From positions 186,614-250,613 of IMG/VR virus record IMGVR_UViG_3300030085_002431: a stretch of 64,000 nucleotides of DNA; one strand, written 5' to 3'. The notes under the pieces were generated by a model. That model was not told the origin of the DNA, did no database searches, and saw nothing but the letters and a program-made list of their open reading frames with translations. Below are positions 11,205 to 21,335 of the stretch, in pieces. How positions within the stretch are numbered: the first letter of the stretch is position 1; every line of letters begins with the position of its first letter. The translations under genes and the position numbers were made by a program.

Positions 11205-11468
11205 ATGAAATACAAGATTACCAACAATTACTGTTTCCATAATGGTATTATCGTTGATATGTATTTCGTCCAAGGCATACCTTTCACATTTGATGATATT
11301 GATCCTGCACTCCAGGACGACCCATATGTGAACATTGAAGCAGAAAACACAACAGCATATTCAACAGAAGATCTATACAAATGGTCTGGATATTTAATGC
11401 AAGAGGAGTGTCATCCTCTTCTATATCCACTAGAATTAGAAAATCCTGAGGCACTTCCCCAGGACTGA
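11205..11468 (+). CDS. Hypothetical protein
   Basis: ATG at 11205 follows a TAAATA late promoter (~11176-11181); same frame as the track ORF. Confidence 0.5.
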   Translation: MKYKITNNYCFHNGIIVDMYFVQGIPFTFDDIDPALQDDPYVNIEAENTTAYSTEDLYKWSGYLMQEECHPLLYPLELENPEALPQD

Positions 11469-11470
11469 TT

Positions 11471-11542
11471 GCCCCCGTAGCTCAGTGGTAGAGCAGGGCT
11501 TTTGTAAAGCTCAGGTCGCAAGTTCAAATCTTGTCAGGGGCT
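11471..11542 (+). tRNA. tRNA-Thr(UGU)
   Basis: Cloverleaf; D arm AGCTCAGTGGTAGAGC, anticodon loop TTTGTAA, T loop TTCAAAT; one acceptor-stem mismatch. Confidence 0.9.
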
Positions 11543-11581
11543 TAGGCGATACTGCCGAACCAATCCCTTCCGTGTGACTTT

Positions 11582-11609
11582 AGAAACCCTCCCAAAAGGA
11601 GGGTTTCTT
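11582..11609. terminator. Hairpin terminator
   Basis: AGAAACCCTCC-CAAAA-GGAGGGTTTCT inverted repeat. Confidence 0.65.
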
Positions 11610-11653
11610 AGTGTCTAAATAGAAAAAGATTAGTATTCTTACGCGGATATAAA

Positions 11654-14600
11654 ATGCCTCTTTCAAGATTAGAGAATTTCCTTAAGAACGCAGAAGGCAA
11701 TATTCTTTATGTTAACCCTTCGGACTTCGATGCTACCGATAGTTTTGAGAACCAAGGTAACTCACTAACGAGACCTTTCAAGAGTATTCAGAGAGCACTT
11801 GTTGAAGCCGCAAGATTTTCATATCAAGCAGGTGATAACAACGATAAGATTGATAGGACAACTATTCTAGTTTATCCTGGTACTCATTACATTGATAACC
11901 GTCCAGGTTTTTCTATCGAAGAAATCAATGGTTCTGCAGTATTTAAGGAACAAGTTGCACCAGGACAGTGGGAAGAAAGGAGTCTTCCAGAATTTGGTGA
12001 AACTACCAACTTTGATATTTTTGACCCAGCAAACGATTTAAGAAAATATAACGCAGTTGCTGGTGGTGCAGTTCTTCCTAGAGGTACTTCAATTATTGGT
12101 CTGGACCTAAGAAAGACAAAAATTAGACCACTATATGTTCCAGACCCATATGATAATAATGTAGAAGAATCAAGTATCTTTAATGTTACTGGTACTTGCT
12201 ACTTTACTGCTTTCACTATTTTTGACGGTGACCCAACAAAGACTGTTTATAATAACTATTCTGAAAATAGAGTAGTACCAAACTTCTCTCACCATAAATT
12301 AACAACATTTACATATATTGATGGTGTAAACAAAGTTAAGTTAGGTAATTATCAAACATACCTAACTGACCTTGACATGTATTACTATAAGGTCGCAAAG
12401 GCATATGGTGATATAACTGGTAGAGGTCTGGCAGATTTCCCAGTTGGAACTGATTTTGAACCATCTATTGATGAATTTAGAATTGTTGGTGCTCTAGAAG
12501 CAAACCCACTAGGAATTTCTAGTATTCGTGCTGGTAATGGAGATGGTACTGGTGATATTAATGTCATCACAGTTACTACGGCAGATAGATTAACTGGTTC
12601 TACAGCACCTCATAACTTATTTGTAAATAGTCCATTCCTCCTTAACGGAGTTGAGGTTGACCCAGATTCCTATAATGGTTCATTTACTGTTAAGGAAGTC
12701 GTTGGAATTAACACATTTACCTTCACAACAAATCAATCACCATTAGAATTTTTACCAAATCCTACAGAAATTGATACTGCAACAGTATCTGCTGGTTCTG
12801 ATACTGTAAGTTCTGCTTCACCATACATTTTCAACGTATCTTTGCGTTCCGTCTTTGGCATGTGCGGTATGCACGCTGATGGTAGCAAGGCTGCTGGTTT
12901 TAAATCAATGGTTGTGGCACAGTATACTGGTGTCTCACTACAAAAAGATGATAATGCATTCATTCTTTATGATGAAGGTGCTTTTTATGATGAGAATACT
13001 CTCCCAGAAAATAGCCCAGAGAGACCTCTCCATACCAATTCAAAAGCAATCTTCAAACCAGATTTTGAGAACTCTCACATAAGAGCATCCAACAATGCTT
13101 TCATTCAGGCAGTTTCTATCTTTGCTATTGGTTACTCTCATCACTTCTTGACTGAAAGTGGTGGTGATATGTCAATCACCAACTCAAACTCCAACTTTGG
13201 TAATACATCACTCGAATCTACTGGATTCAAACCAGATGCATTTAACAGAGATGACACTGGATTCATTACACATATCATTCCACCAAGAGAATTAGTTGCT
13301 GATGAAAACTCTGTTACTTGGTTGTCTCTTGATGCTGAAAAAATTATTAATGCTGTAGATACTAGCAAACTCTATATTGCTGGTGCGAGAAATGAAGAAG
13401 TTCCACCAGCATATCAAGTTGATGGTTACAGAGTTGGTGCTAGAGACGATGATGAATTAAATCTAACTATTACTATTGGTACTGCACAAACCAATTACAC
13501 AGCACCAATTTTAATGCCAGTAAGTGGTGGAAATGGTGTATCTGCAAGAAAATCATATCAAATCGTAAGATCAAATAATGAAAATGACATTGTAAATGAT
13601 ACAATTTCATTAACACAAGGTCATCAACTAATTAATGGTGAAAAAGTAAGAATTTTTGCAGATAATGGTCAAACACCAGATGGTCTAGACAATGAAGGTA
13701 TTTACTTTGCAATCACAACAGGTGTTGGTGCAAATCAAATTAAACTAGCACAATCTGTTAATGATGCACTTGCTAACCAACCTATCCTAGGAATTTCTAA
13801 TAACGGTGGTGTCATTACTGTTGTTTCCAGAGTTTCTGATAAACTTCCTGGAGACTTAGGACATCCAATTCAGTTTGATGAAACAGAATCAAACTGGTAT
13901 TTACAATCGGATTCAAATAACAATATCAGAGAAGCAATTGTTGATATTGGTATTACAGAACTTGGTTCAGAAACTTCAACTTCATTCATTAATAGAAAAT
14001 TAGATAATCGTTCTATTGATGATAAGATTTATAAGGTTCGTTATGTTATTCCAAAGGAATATACAAATGCAAAACCACCAGAAGCAGGATATGTAATTCA
14101 AGAATCTGGTAATGTTGGTGTTAGTAGCATTTCATTTACTAATGATACTCTTACGGATTCTACCGAGCTTAGGAATGAAAAAGTTATTTCATCTGCATCT
14201 GCAGGTCCTATCATTTCAAATGCCCAAGTAGTAACTTTAACAACTGAACTTCCTCATGGTTTAAGTTCTGGTGATACTGTAGAAATTAAAAACGTAAGGA
14301 GTGTTAACAACTCTTTAGCAACAGGAATTACTTCTTCCTTTAATGGAAGATATGAAATTGAGTCTGTACTTAACAGCAAGCAATTCCAGTATACAATTTC
14401 TGGTGTTTCAACTAATCCTGGTGCATTTTCTAATGATATTAACCAGAGAGCAACAAGACAACAGAGAGAAGCACTACCAACTTTCTCAAGGGCAGCATTT
14501 GATAATACATTCTTTATCTACAGGGCTGCACAGGTTAAGAGACATATACCAGGAGCAGATGGACAAGATGGTATTTACCATCTAATTTGTTTGCAGTCCA

Positions 14601-17600
14601 ATGTTTCTCCACCATCATCAGTTGGATTTAATCTTGATAGTAAAGAATTTAATCAAGATGTTATTAATCTCTATCCACAGTTAGATAGAGATAATCTGAA
14701 CACAAACCCCAAATCATCTACATCATACGCAAATCTACAAATTCTAGGTAGTGTTGTTACAAATGATAAGAGAAATTCAATTACTAGAGAAGCAATTGAT
14801 TATTTCACTAAGAATAGTTCTGTAGGTATTGCAATTACTTCTGTAATTATTGCACCAAGTCCTAATCATTCTGGTGATACTGTAACTATTGGAACAGAAG
14901 TTGAGCACGGACTCAACAAAATTAAAGAAATAACATTTACTAGTGGTGCTGGTTATACACCATCTACTATTTTCTATTCAGTACCATTAAACCCAATATC
15001 TTCTAGTGGAGAGGGTGCGACAGCAAAAGTAACTACAAATGCTTCAGGTGAAGTTATTGATGTTTCCTTAGTAGACCCAGGTTCTGCCTATACGACTAAC
15101 AATACATTAGAAATTCCTGGAGGAACAACTAATTCTATTGTAACAGTTAGCTCAGTAGTTACTAATGCTCAAGTAACAGCAGTCGAAATTCATGGTTACA
15201 ATGAAGATTCATTCAATGGAGTTTATAAGATTGAATCAGTAAGTGGTCCCAAAACACTTATATTGGATGCACCAACTGGAATTTCAACATATAGAGAAAA
15301 TACAACTGGTGAAAAGGGTTATGTAATACCATCTAATGATATTGTTGGACTTACTTCTGCATATATGACCAATGCAGAAACAGGAATCACAACAGTTACC
15401 GTATCATCTGCTCATGGATTGCTTCCTGGTAATTCTATTAAAATCCTATTTGACTCGGGGTCTCTTCCCAGTGGAGATTATGTTGTTAATGACGTAGTTG
15501 GACTAACAACATTTACATATGTATCTACTGGTTCAACTTCCTATCTAGATTCTTCTAGTGGTTCAATCTTAAGAAAGACACTTGCACCTAATGCTCTTAA
15601 TCTTGGTTCTGGTGAAGAAAATCTAGGTTCCCGTGCAAGTGTATTTTATGATGGACTGACTGCAACAACAAACGTACAGTTCGATACTACAAGTTCAACA
15701 ATTAGTTTCTCAAATCCTGAAGGAGTAAAAAGAGGAGACTTCTTAGATATAAGAGGTGAAATTGTTAGAGTTGCAAGTACATCTAACCCATTTGATGTTA
15801 TTCGTGGTCAACTTGGAACTGTAAAAACAAGTGCTCAATCTGGATCTAAGGTAAGAAGGATTAAGATTCTACCTATTGAGGTAAGAAGACCATCATTCAT
15901 GAGAGCATCTGGACATACTTTTGAGTATCTAGGTTTCGGTCCTGGTAACTACTCAACTGGTATGCCACAAAAACAGGATAGAATCCTTAGTGAAACTGAG
16001 GTAATTGTTTCTCAGTCTAAGGAACAAAGAGGTGGTCAGGTTGTTTACACAGGTATGAATGACCTGGGTGAATTCTTCTCTGGTAGTAAGAAACTAAGTT
16101 CTGCAACTGGTGAAGAAACAGTTATTGACGCACCAATTCTTACCTATACTGGTGATGACTCACAGGGTGAATCCAGTGCAGTTTCTAGTGGTATCTTCGA
16201 TGAACTACTTGTAAGACAAAGATTAACTGTTGAAGGTGGTGAGAATAATAACCAGTCTTCACAGTTCTATGGTCCTGTTAACTTTACTCAGAAAGTTACT
16301 AACTTATCTGAATATGGCATAGAAACCAAAGACTTATTCATCAAGGGTACTGCTGCACAGTCTAAACTAATAACAGTTGGTATTTCGACTCCAACTTCAA
16401 CTACTGTCAAATCACCAAGAGTTGGTGATATTCAACTATTATCAAACCCATCCGATGGTTATATTGGACATGTAAGGGTTGATAATGAATGGAAGTCTTT
16501 TGGATTAATTAGCAGAACTGCAGATGAATTAGATGTAAGAGTTGATAAACTTCATGTCAATACTACTTCAACTAGTAATTTTGATTTTGATGTTGATGGA
16601 AACTCTAGAGTTGAAAACTTAGTTGTCTCTGGTTCAATCGTATTCCAGCAACCACAGAGTCTTGGTAATGCAACATTTGAAGACATCATTGTAAATAGAA
16701 CTGCTAGATTCACATTGATTGGTTTAGACCCAGTTACGGGTCTTTCAACAAACTATAATATGATTATGAGTGGGGGCATCTCCCAGCTGAACGACCTTGA
16801 TGTAACGGGAATCTCTACATTTGCTGGAAGAGCAGACTTTGAATCTAATATATTTGGTATTGGTGCTAAGTTTGGTAATATCAGAATTGGTATTACCGAT
16901 GATAACACAATTGATACAACAGCAGGTGATATTGTTCTAAACTCTGACAATGGAACTACTAATATTGTTGACAATCTAATTGTTAACGGTGATAAAATTG
17001 AACTTGCTAAGGGAGATGGAGTTTCTCTTGGTGGAACTATCACATCAAGAAATGATGCTAGGGTATTCCAACTTGGCATGGGTAGTACTGATGGTGAATC
17101 TAAGATTGTTCTACACTCAAATGATACAACATCTGGACTTTCCAAAGAAGGAATTACAGCACCAGAAGGTTCTCTTACCATTCATAGAACTGCTGATAAT
17201 GAAACTACTAGTACTGTTGGTGATTCTCTAATTACACACCAAGGTGCATCTGATTTAGTTGTTTCTGGTGCAAGTTCTGGAAGTAGAATTATTTTAAAGA
17301 CTGATAATACAGAACGTGTAAATGTTGGTACATCAGGAACAATAACTTTCTCAAATACAAATAATGGAACTGCTCTACAGGGACACCATGTAAGTCTTGT
17401 TCAGTCTGGTGATGGTGATTCTGCACTATCTTGGGTACATGATAAGAACAATATTAACCAGAGATGGTATGCTGGTATTGACGCAAGTGATAACTATGCT
17501 TGGAAACTTGCACATCCAGACCCAACACTAGCATTTAATTCTGAAGATTGGAATAACTCTCAGGAAACCAAACTAACTGTTGATGCTAATGGCGATACAG

Positions 17601-19375
17601 TTGTTGGTGGTGGTTTAACTATTGGTGGTGCATTCCTAAATTCTTCAGCATCTGTCGTAACACTCTTTAGGACACCTGTTCAAGCAACTGTACTTAATTC
17701 TGCACATACAATTAATATCGGAAGTAATTCCAATACGTCATTTGTAAACATCAGAGGAACTAAGGAAGCAAATAGTACAACTACTGGTGCATTAACTGTT
17801 GGTGGTGGTGCTGGTATTGGTGGAAACCTATATGTTGGTGGTCATATGAATGACACAGACATTCAGGGAACTCTAGATGTAACTGGAAATGTTACTGTTG
17901 GAGGGAATGAGCTTTCTATTAATGCTTCAAATGGTGATATAACAACTCAAGGAAGAGGATCATTTGGTAGTGATTGTACTATTACTGGTTACCTTGATGT
18001 ATCTAGTTACATTGAGGCTGATGGAAATGGTATTTTTGGTGGTAATGTTTCTGCTGCTAAACTTATTAAGAATAACCCAGGAGCAGGAAGCAACTTCTTA
18101 AGAGCAAATGGTGAAGATTCTAAATTAACCGACCAAGACTATATTAATTCTCTTGGATTTGTTCCTGGTCAACCAGTTACTTTGAGTGCATACCCAATTG
18201 GTAACTCTATTCTTCTTAAATCTATTGATAGTCAATTTAATGGAAGTAAGCGGGAGTTTAACCTCAAAGCACCAGATGATACGAATTTCATACCAATTGG
18301 TCCTGTAAACTTACTTGTTTCACTTGGTGGTGTTATCCAAGAAGCAGGTAGAGCCTATAATATCAAACAGTCAGGTGGTACATATACAAATGTAATTAGA
18401 TTCACTGATCCACCTCCATCAGGAATGGATTGCTACATTATTGCACTTGGTGGACAAGGTTCCTTAACTGCAAACCCAGAGTGGACGAAAAAGGGTCAAC
18501 TCTTGGTAGGCAAGGGCGCCAATCAAGCAAATTTACTTCCTGTTGGTTCTAATGACAAAGTTTTAACAGCAGATTCATCTACTGCACTTGGAGTGGCATG
18601 GAAGGATATTCCACCTGGTGTTGTTACTGGTGCTATTTTTTACTGGCCAAGTACAACTATTCCTGCTGGTTATCAAAAATGTGATGGTTCTGCTGCAAAA
18701 ACACAAGAACTGAGAAACATTGTTGGAAATAATGTTCCAAACATGATTAACAGGTTTGTTCTCAGTGGAAACAGTGTTGGAGGAACTGGGGGTAAGTGGC
18801 AGCATAAACTTGAACAAGATGAAATACCATACCACCGTCATACAATTACTGAAGAGGGAGACCATAACCATACCAAAGGAAAGTATAAAGCTGGTCGATC
18901 TATTGCTGTATCGCATGACGGTCACACGCACCCTGGTTCTGTTGTATCTGGTGAGGGTGGACACGACCACACTATTAGTAAGGGTGGAAAGCACTCTCAT
19001 GGTTATGATGACCCTGGACATGACCACGCATACTCAGAAACAGCATTTAGTTCAAACCGTAAACTAGATGGTCAAGGAGAGAAAGCATATAAACTTTCCA
19101 AAGATGGTTCTAGAACAGGTAAAGATGGAGTTGGAATTAAAATCAAGGCTGAAAACACTGGTCACGATCACAATATAGAGGCTAATACTGGCAAGCACGG
19201 ACATAAGGTTTCTGTTGACAAAGGTGGTGGCCATGACCATGACGTTACTATTCAACCTCATGGAAAGCACAGTCATGGTGGGAACACTGGGTATTTTGGC
19301 AGAAATACCAACGATATTGTACCAATCCCTATTGTACCTCAATACATCTACTTAATTCCTATTATCAAAACTTAA
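11654..19375 (+). CDS. Very large tail-fibre/baseplate-associated virion protein with collar domain and His-rich tip
   Basis: 2573 aa; MPLSRLENFLKN N-terminus typical of cyanomyoviruses; collar motif (GAIFYW...PAGYQKCDG); about 10 HxH motifs at C-terminus; TAAATA upstream. Confidence 0.8.
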   Translation: MPLSRLENFLKNAEGNILYVNPSDFDATDSFENQGNSLTRPFKSIQRALVEAARFSYQAGDNNDKIDRTTILVYPGTHYIDNRPGFSIEEINGSAVFKEQVAPGQWEERSLPEFGETTNFDIFDPANDLRKYNAVAGGAVLPRGTSIIGLDLRKTKIRPLYVPDPYDNNVEESSIFNVTGTCYFTAFTIFDGDPTKTVYNNYSENRVVPNFSHHKLTTFTYIDGVNKVKLGNYQTYLTDLDMYYYKVAKAYGDITGRGLADFPVGTDFEPSIDEFRIVGALEANPLGISSIRAGNGDGTGDINVITVTTADRLTGSTAPHNLFVNSPFLLNGVEVDPDSYNGSFTVKEVVGINTFTFTTNQSPLEFLPNPTEIDTATVSAGSDTVSSASPYIFNVSLRSVFGMCGMHADGSKAAGFKSMVVAQYTGVSLQKDDNAFILYDEGAFYDENTLPENSPERPLHTNSKAIFKPDFENSHIRASNNAFIQAVSIFAIGYSHHFLTESGGDMSITNSNSNFGNTSLESTGFKPDAFNRDDTGFITHIIPPRELVADENSVTWLSLDAEKIINAVDTSKLYIAGARNEEVPPAYQVDGYRVGARDDDELNLTITIGTAQTNYTAPILMPVSGGNGVSARKSYQIVRSNNENDIVNDTISLTQGHQLINGEKVRIFADNGQTPDGLDNEGIYFAITTGVGANQIKLAQSVNDALANQPILGISNNGGVITVVSRVSDKLPGDLGHPIQFDETESNWYLQSDSNNNIREAIVDIGITELGSETSTSFINRKLDNRSIDDKIYKVRYVIPKEYTNAKPPEAGYVIQESGNVGVSSISFTNDTLTDSTELRNEKVISSASAGPIISNAQVVTLTTELPHGLSSGDTVEIKNVRSVNNSLATGITSSFNGRYEIESVLNSKQFQYTISGVSTNPGAFSNDINQRATRQQREALPTFSRAAFDNTFFIYRAAQVKRHIPGADGQDGIYHLICLQSNVSPPSSVGFNLDSKEFNQDVINLYPQLDRDNLNTNPKSSTSYANLQILGSVVTNDKRNSITREAIDYFTKNSSVGIAITSVIIAPSPNHSGDTVTIGTEVEHGLNKIKEITFTSGAGYTPSTIFYSVPLNPISSSGEGATAKVTTNASGEVIDVSLVDPGSAYTTNNTLEIPGGTTNSIVTVSSVVTNAQVTAVEIHGYNEDSFNGVYKIESVSGPKTLILDAPTGISTYRENTTGEKGYVIPSNDIVGLTSAYMTNAETGITTVTVSSAHGLLPGNSIKILFDSGSLPSGDYVVNDVVGLTTFTYVSTGSTSYLDSSSGSILRKTLAPNALNLGSGEENLGSRASVFYDGLTATTNVQFDTTSSTISFSNPEGVKRGDFLDIRGEIVRVASTSNPFDVIRGQLGTVKTSAQSGSKVRRIKILPIEVRRPSFMRASGHTFEYLGFGPGNYSTGMPQKQDRILSETEVIVSQSKEQRGGQVVYTGMNDLGEFFSGSKKLSSATGEETVIDAPILTYTGDDSQGESSAVSSGIFDELLVRQRLTVEGGENNNQSSQFYGPVNFTQKVTNLSEYGIETKDLFIKGTAAQSKLITVGISTPTSTTVKSPRVGDIQLLSNPSDGYIGHVRVDNEWKSFGLISRTADELDVRVDKLHVNTTSTSNFDFDVDGNSRVENLVVSGSIVFQQPQSLGNATFEDIIVNRTARFTLIGLDPVTGLSTNYNMIMSGGISQLNDLDVTGISTFAGRADFESNIFGIGAKFGNIRIGITDDNTIDTTAGDIVLNSDNGTTNIVDNLIVNGDKIELAKGDGVSLGGTITSRNDARVFQLGMGSTDGESKIVLHSNDTTSGLSKEGITAPEGSLTIHRTADNETTSTVGDSLITHQGASDLVVSGASSGSRIILKTDNTERVNVGTSGTITFSNTNNGTALQGHHVSLVQSGDGDSALSWVHDKNNINQRWYAGIDASDNYAWKLAHPDPTLAFNSEDWNNSQETKLTVDANGDTVVGGGLTIGGAFLNSSASVVTLFRTPVQATVLNSAHTINIGSNSNTSFVNIRGTKEANSTTTGALTVGGGAGIGGNLYVGGHMNDTDIQGTLDVTGNVTVGGNELSINASNGDITTQGRGSFGSDCTITGYLDVSSYIEADGNGIFGGNVSAAKLIKNNPGAGSNFLRANGEDSKLTDQDYINSLGFVPGQPVTLSAYPIGNSILLKSIDSQFNGSKREFNLKAPDDTNFIPIGPVNLLVSLGGVIQEAGRAYNIKQSGGTYTNVIRFTDPPPSGMDCYIIALGGQGSLTANPEWTKKGQLLVGKGANQANLLPVGSNDKVLTADSSTALGVAWKDIPPGVVTGAIFYWPSTTIPAGYQKCDGSAAKTQELRNIVGNNVPNMINRFVLSGNSVGGTGGKWQHKLEQDEIPYHRHTITEEGDHNHTKGKYKAGRSIAVSHDGHTHPGSVVSGEGGHDHTISKGGKHSHGYDDPGHDHAYSETAFSSNRKLDGQGEKAYKLSKDGSRTGKDGVGIKIKAENTGHDHNIEANTGKHGHKVSVDKGGGHDHDVTIQPHGKHSHGGNTGYFGRNTNDIVPIPIVPQYIYLIPIIKT

Positions 19376-19392
19376 TTTTATAATTTTTTATT

Positions 19393-19998
19393 ATGGATAG
19401 TATACAAACTCAAATGTTTCTCCCGTCACAAGTTGTTTCGGGAGATATTGAAAATTTCTCAAAACAAAGTCATCTGTTAATAGATTGGATTTACAATTAC
19501 AGGGATAGATTTCCAAGAAGTGCAGAAATAAGCAATGAAAATGGATGGCAAAGTTATGATAAAAAGTTTTATAGAACAGAAGAAACTTTTGAACCATGGT
19601 TAAAACTATTAGTTCAAGAAATTGCAGATTTAGTTGATTCTTATCGTCTCAATTGTGCGATTGACTTGACTTCTTTATGGTTTAATATCAATAGTCAATA
19701 TTCTTACAATGTAAAGCATTCACATCCTGGTGCTCTACTATCTGGAGTTTTGTGGGTAAAAGTTCCAAAAGATTCTGGTAAATTTCATTTTGTTTTACCC
19801 GATTCTTACTTCCAACCTGAATTGATAGAAAACACAGAAGAGTCTTATGCTAATGAAATGAATTTATTTGGAACTTATCCAGTAGATGATAGAGAGGGTA
19901 GGTTGATGATATTCCCTTCTAATATGCCACATCGAGTAACGATGAATAAATCTACTGAAGATAGAATATCCATATCTTTTAATCTAATTGCAAAATGA
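19393..19998 (+). CDS. 2OG-Fe(II) oxygenase (TIGR02466-like)
   Basis: W.NIN...HSHPGALLSGV.W, FPS.MPH.V, RISISFN. Confidence 0.85.
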   Translation: MDSIQTQMFLPSQVVSGDIENFSKQSHLLIDWIYNYRDRFPRSAEISNENGWQSYDKKFYRTEETFEPWLKLLVQEIADLVDSYRLNCAIDLTSLWFNINSQYSYNVKHSHPGALLSGVLWVKVPKDSGKFHFVLPDSYFQPELIENTEESYANEMNLFGTYPVDDREGRLMIFPSNMPHRVTMNKSTEDRISISFNLIAK

Positions 19999-20022
19999 TA
20001 AATAATCAAAACACAATAAGTT

Positions 20023-20871
20023 ATGGCAAGAACAGAAATTGAAATAATTAAGGATGGAAAGGTTGTAGAAAACGACCTGGACACTGGTTGTGTTTCCGCA
20101 GATAAATTAGCAACTGATGCGGTTCTTACTGCAAAAATCAAAAATAAGCAAGTTACTCAAGAAAAACTAGCTGATGATATTTCCTTCTTTCCCACAGGGG
20201 GTATTATTATGTGGTCTGGTCAAGCATCAACTATTCCAGGTGGTTGGAAATTGTGTGATGGCAATAATGGAACACCAGACTTAAGAGGTAGATTTATTGT
20301 TGGTGCTAGTGCAAGTGGTGGATACGATCCTGGTGCAACGGGAGGTTCAAACGAAGTAACTTTAACAGAAGCACAACTTGCCACACATAAACATGATATA
20401 ACATCTAACGGAGCCCACGGACATACTACTGGTGGTAGTTCGTCAACTGATAGTGCTGGAGCTCATTCTCATGGTGGTGGGACATCACGTCAAGATAGAA
20501 ACCATACTCATAGTGGTTCAACTACTGAAAATGGATATCATCATCATCCCCCTGTTACTCAAGTTGGTTTTGATAATGAAGGTAATGGTAATCCACTAAG
20601 AATTCTTGCTGAAGATGGTCCTCCATGGGCTGGAACAGTATGGGATTCTGGTGGTGGATCACATGGACACCAATTTACAACTGCTGGTATTAGTAACGAC
20701 CACGCTCATACTATTACTACTGATAATCATTCCGGCCATTCACATCCTGTTAGTCTATCAATCGCAGAAAATGGTGCTCACCAACATCCATGTGAAAATG
20801 TAGGGAGTAGTCAACCACATGAAAATAGACCACCATATTATGCTTTAGCATTCATCATGAAAGTGGCATAA
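20023..20871 (+). CDS. Tail collar / short tail-fibre protein with HxH tip
   Basis: GGIIMWSG...GWKLCDGNNGTPDLRGRFIVG collar motif; 9 HxH motifs; HENRPPYYALAFIMK end. Confidence 0.85.
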   Translation: MARTEIEIIKDGKVVENDLDTGCVSADKLATDAVLTAKIKNKQVTQEKLADDISFFPTGGIIMWSGQASTIPGGWKLCDGNNGTPDLRGRFIVGASASGGYDPGATGGSNEVTLTEAQLATHKHDITSNGAHGHTTGGSSSTDSAGAHSHGGGTSRQDRNHTHSGSTTENGYHHHPPVTQVGFDNEGNGNPLRILAEDGPPWAGTVWDSGGGSHGHQFTTAGISNDHAHTITTDNHSGHSHPVSLSIAENGAHQHPCENVGSSQPHENRPPYYALAFIMKVA

Positions 20872-20905
20872 ATACAAACGTAATCATTCGATATCATTCA
20901 AAAAC

Positions 20906-21082
20906 ATGGAAGCGACTAAGATGAGAGAAACTCTCACATTGAGAGCAACAGAAATTCGTGATGAACTTCTGGAACTAGAAAAGACATTCAATCAAAAGAA
21001 AGAACAGTTTCTTAAACTCACTGGTGCTTTAGAAGCTCTTGATCAATTAGATGCAGATGTCCCATCAACGGCAACAGAGTGA
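20906..21082 (+). CDS. Small coiled-coil protein (58 aa, not in ORF track)
   Basis: MEATKMRETL...KLTGALEAL; TAAATA upstream. Confidence 0.55.
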   Translation: MEATKMRETLTLRATEIRDELLELEKTFNQKKEQFLKLTGALEALDQLDADVPSTATE

Positions 21083-21148
21083 TTGTAAAGCAATCCTCTA
21101 GGTCATGTCAATGTTGACAAACGGATTATCTAGTGGTATTCTAATTAA

Positions 21149-21252
21149 GTCTTGAGATGTTCTTTGCGTCTTTGAGAACTCAAGACCCGTCTTTGGTGAT
21201 GGACGGTTTTTTACATAAACTGAGGAGGGGTTGGTGTCCCTCCTCTTTTTTT
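21149..21252 (+). ncRNA. Candidate ~104-nt small RNA
   Basis: TTGACA-17-TATTCT promoter (21114-21142), three hairpins, the last a GC-rich terminator with U7; no credible ORF inside. Confidence 0.55.
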
Positions 21253-21274
21253 GTGCCAATTTTAAAGGTGTCTA
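21253..21274 (+). promoter_or_regulatory. Early-promoter palindrome copy 2
   Basis: GTGCCA-N10-TGTCTA, with TATACT about 30 nt downstream. Confidence 0.6.
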
Positions 21275-21335
21275 CCAAACCACCCACGCACCACCAAATG
21301 CCCTATACTACTAAGGTATTCAACGGACAGACCCG

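Noticed and set aside
11654-20871. Diversity-generating retroelement or invertible tail-fibre switch
   Set aside because: No reverse transcriptase or invertase, and no near-identical template/variable repeat pair noticed
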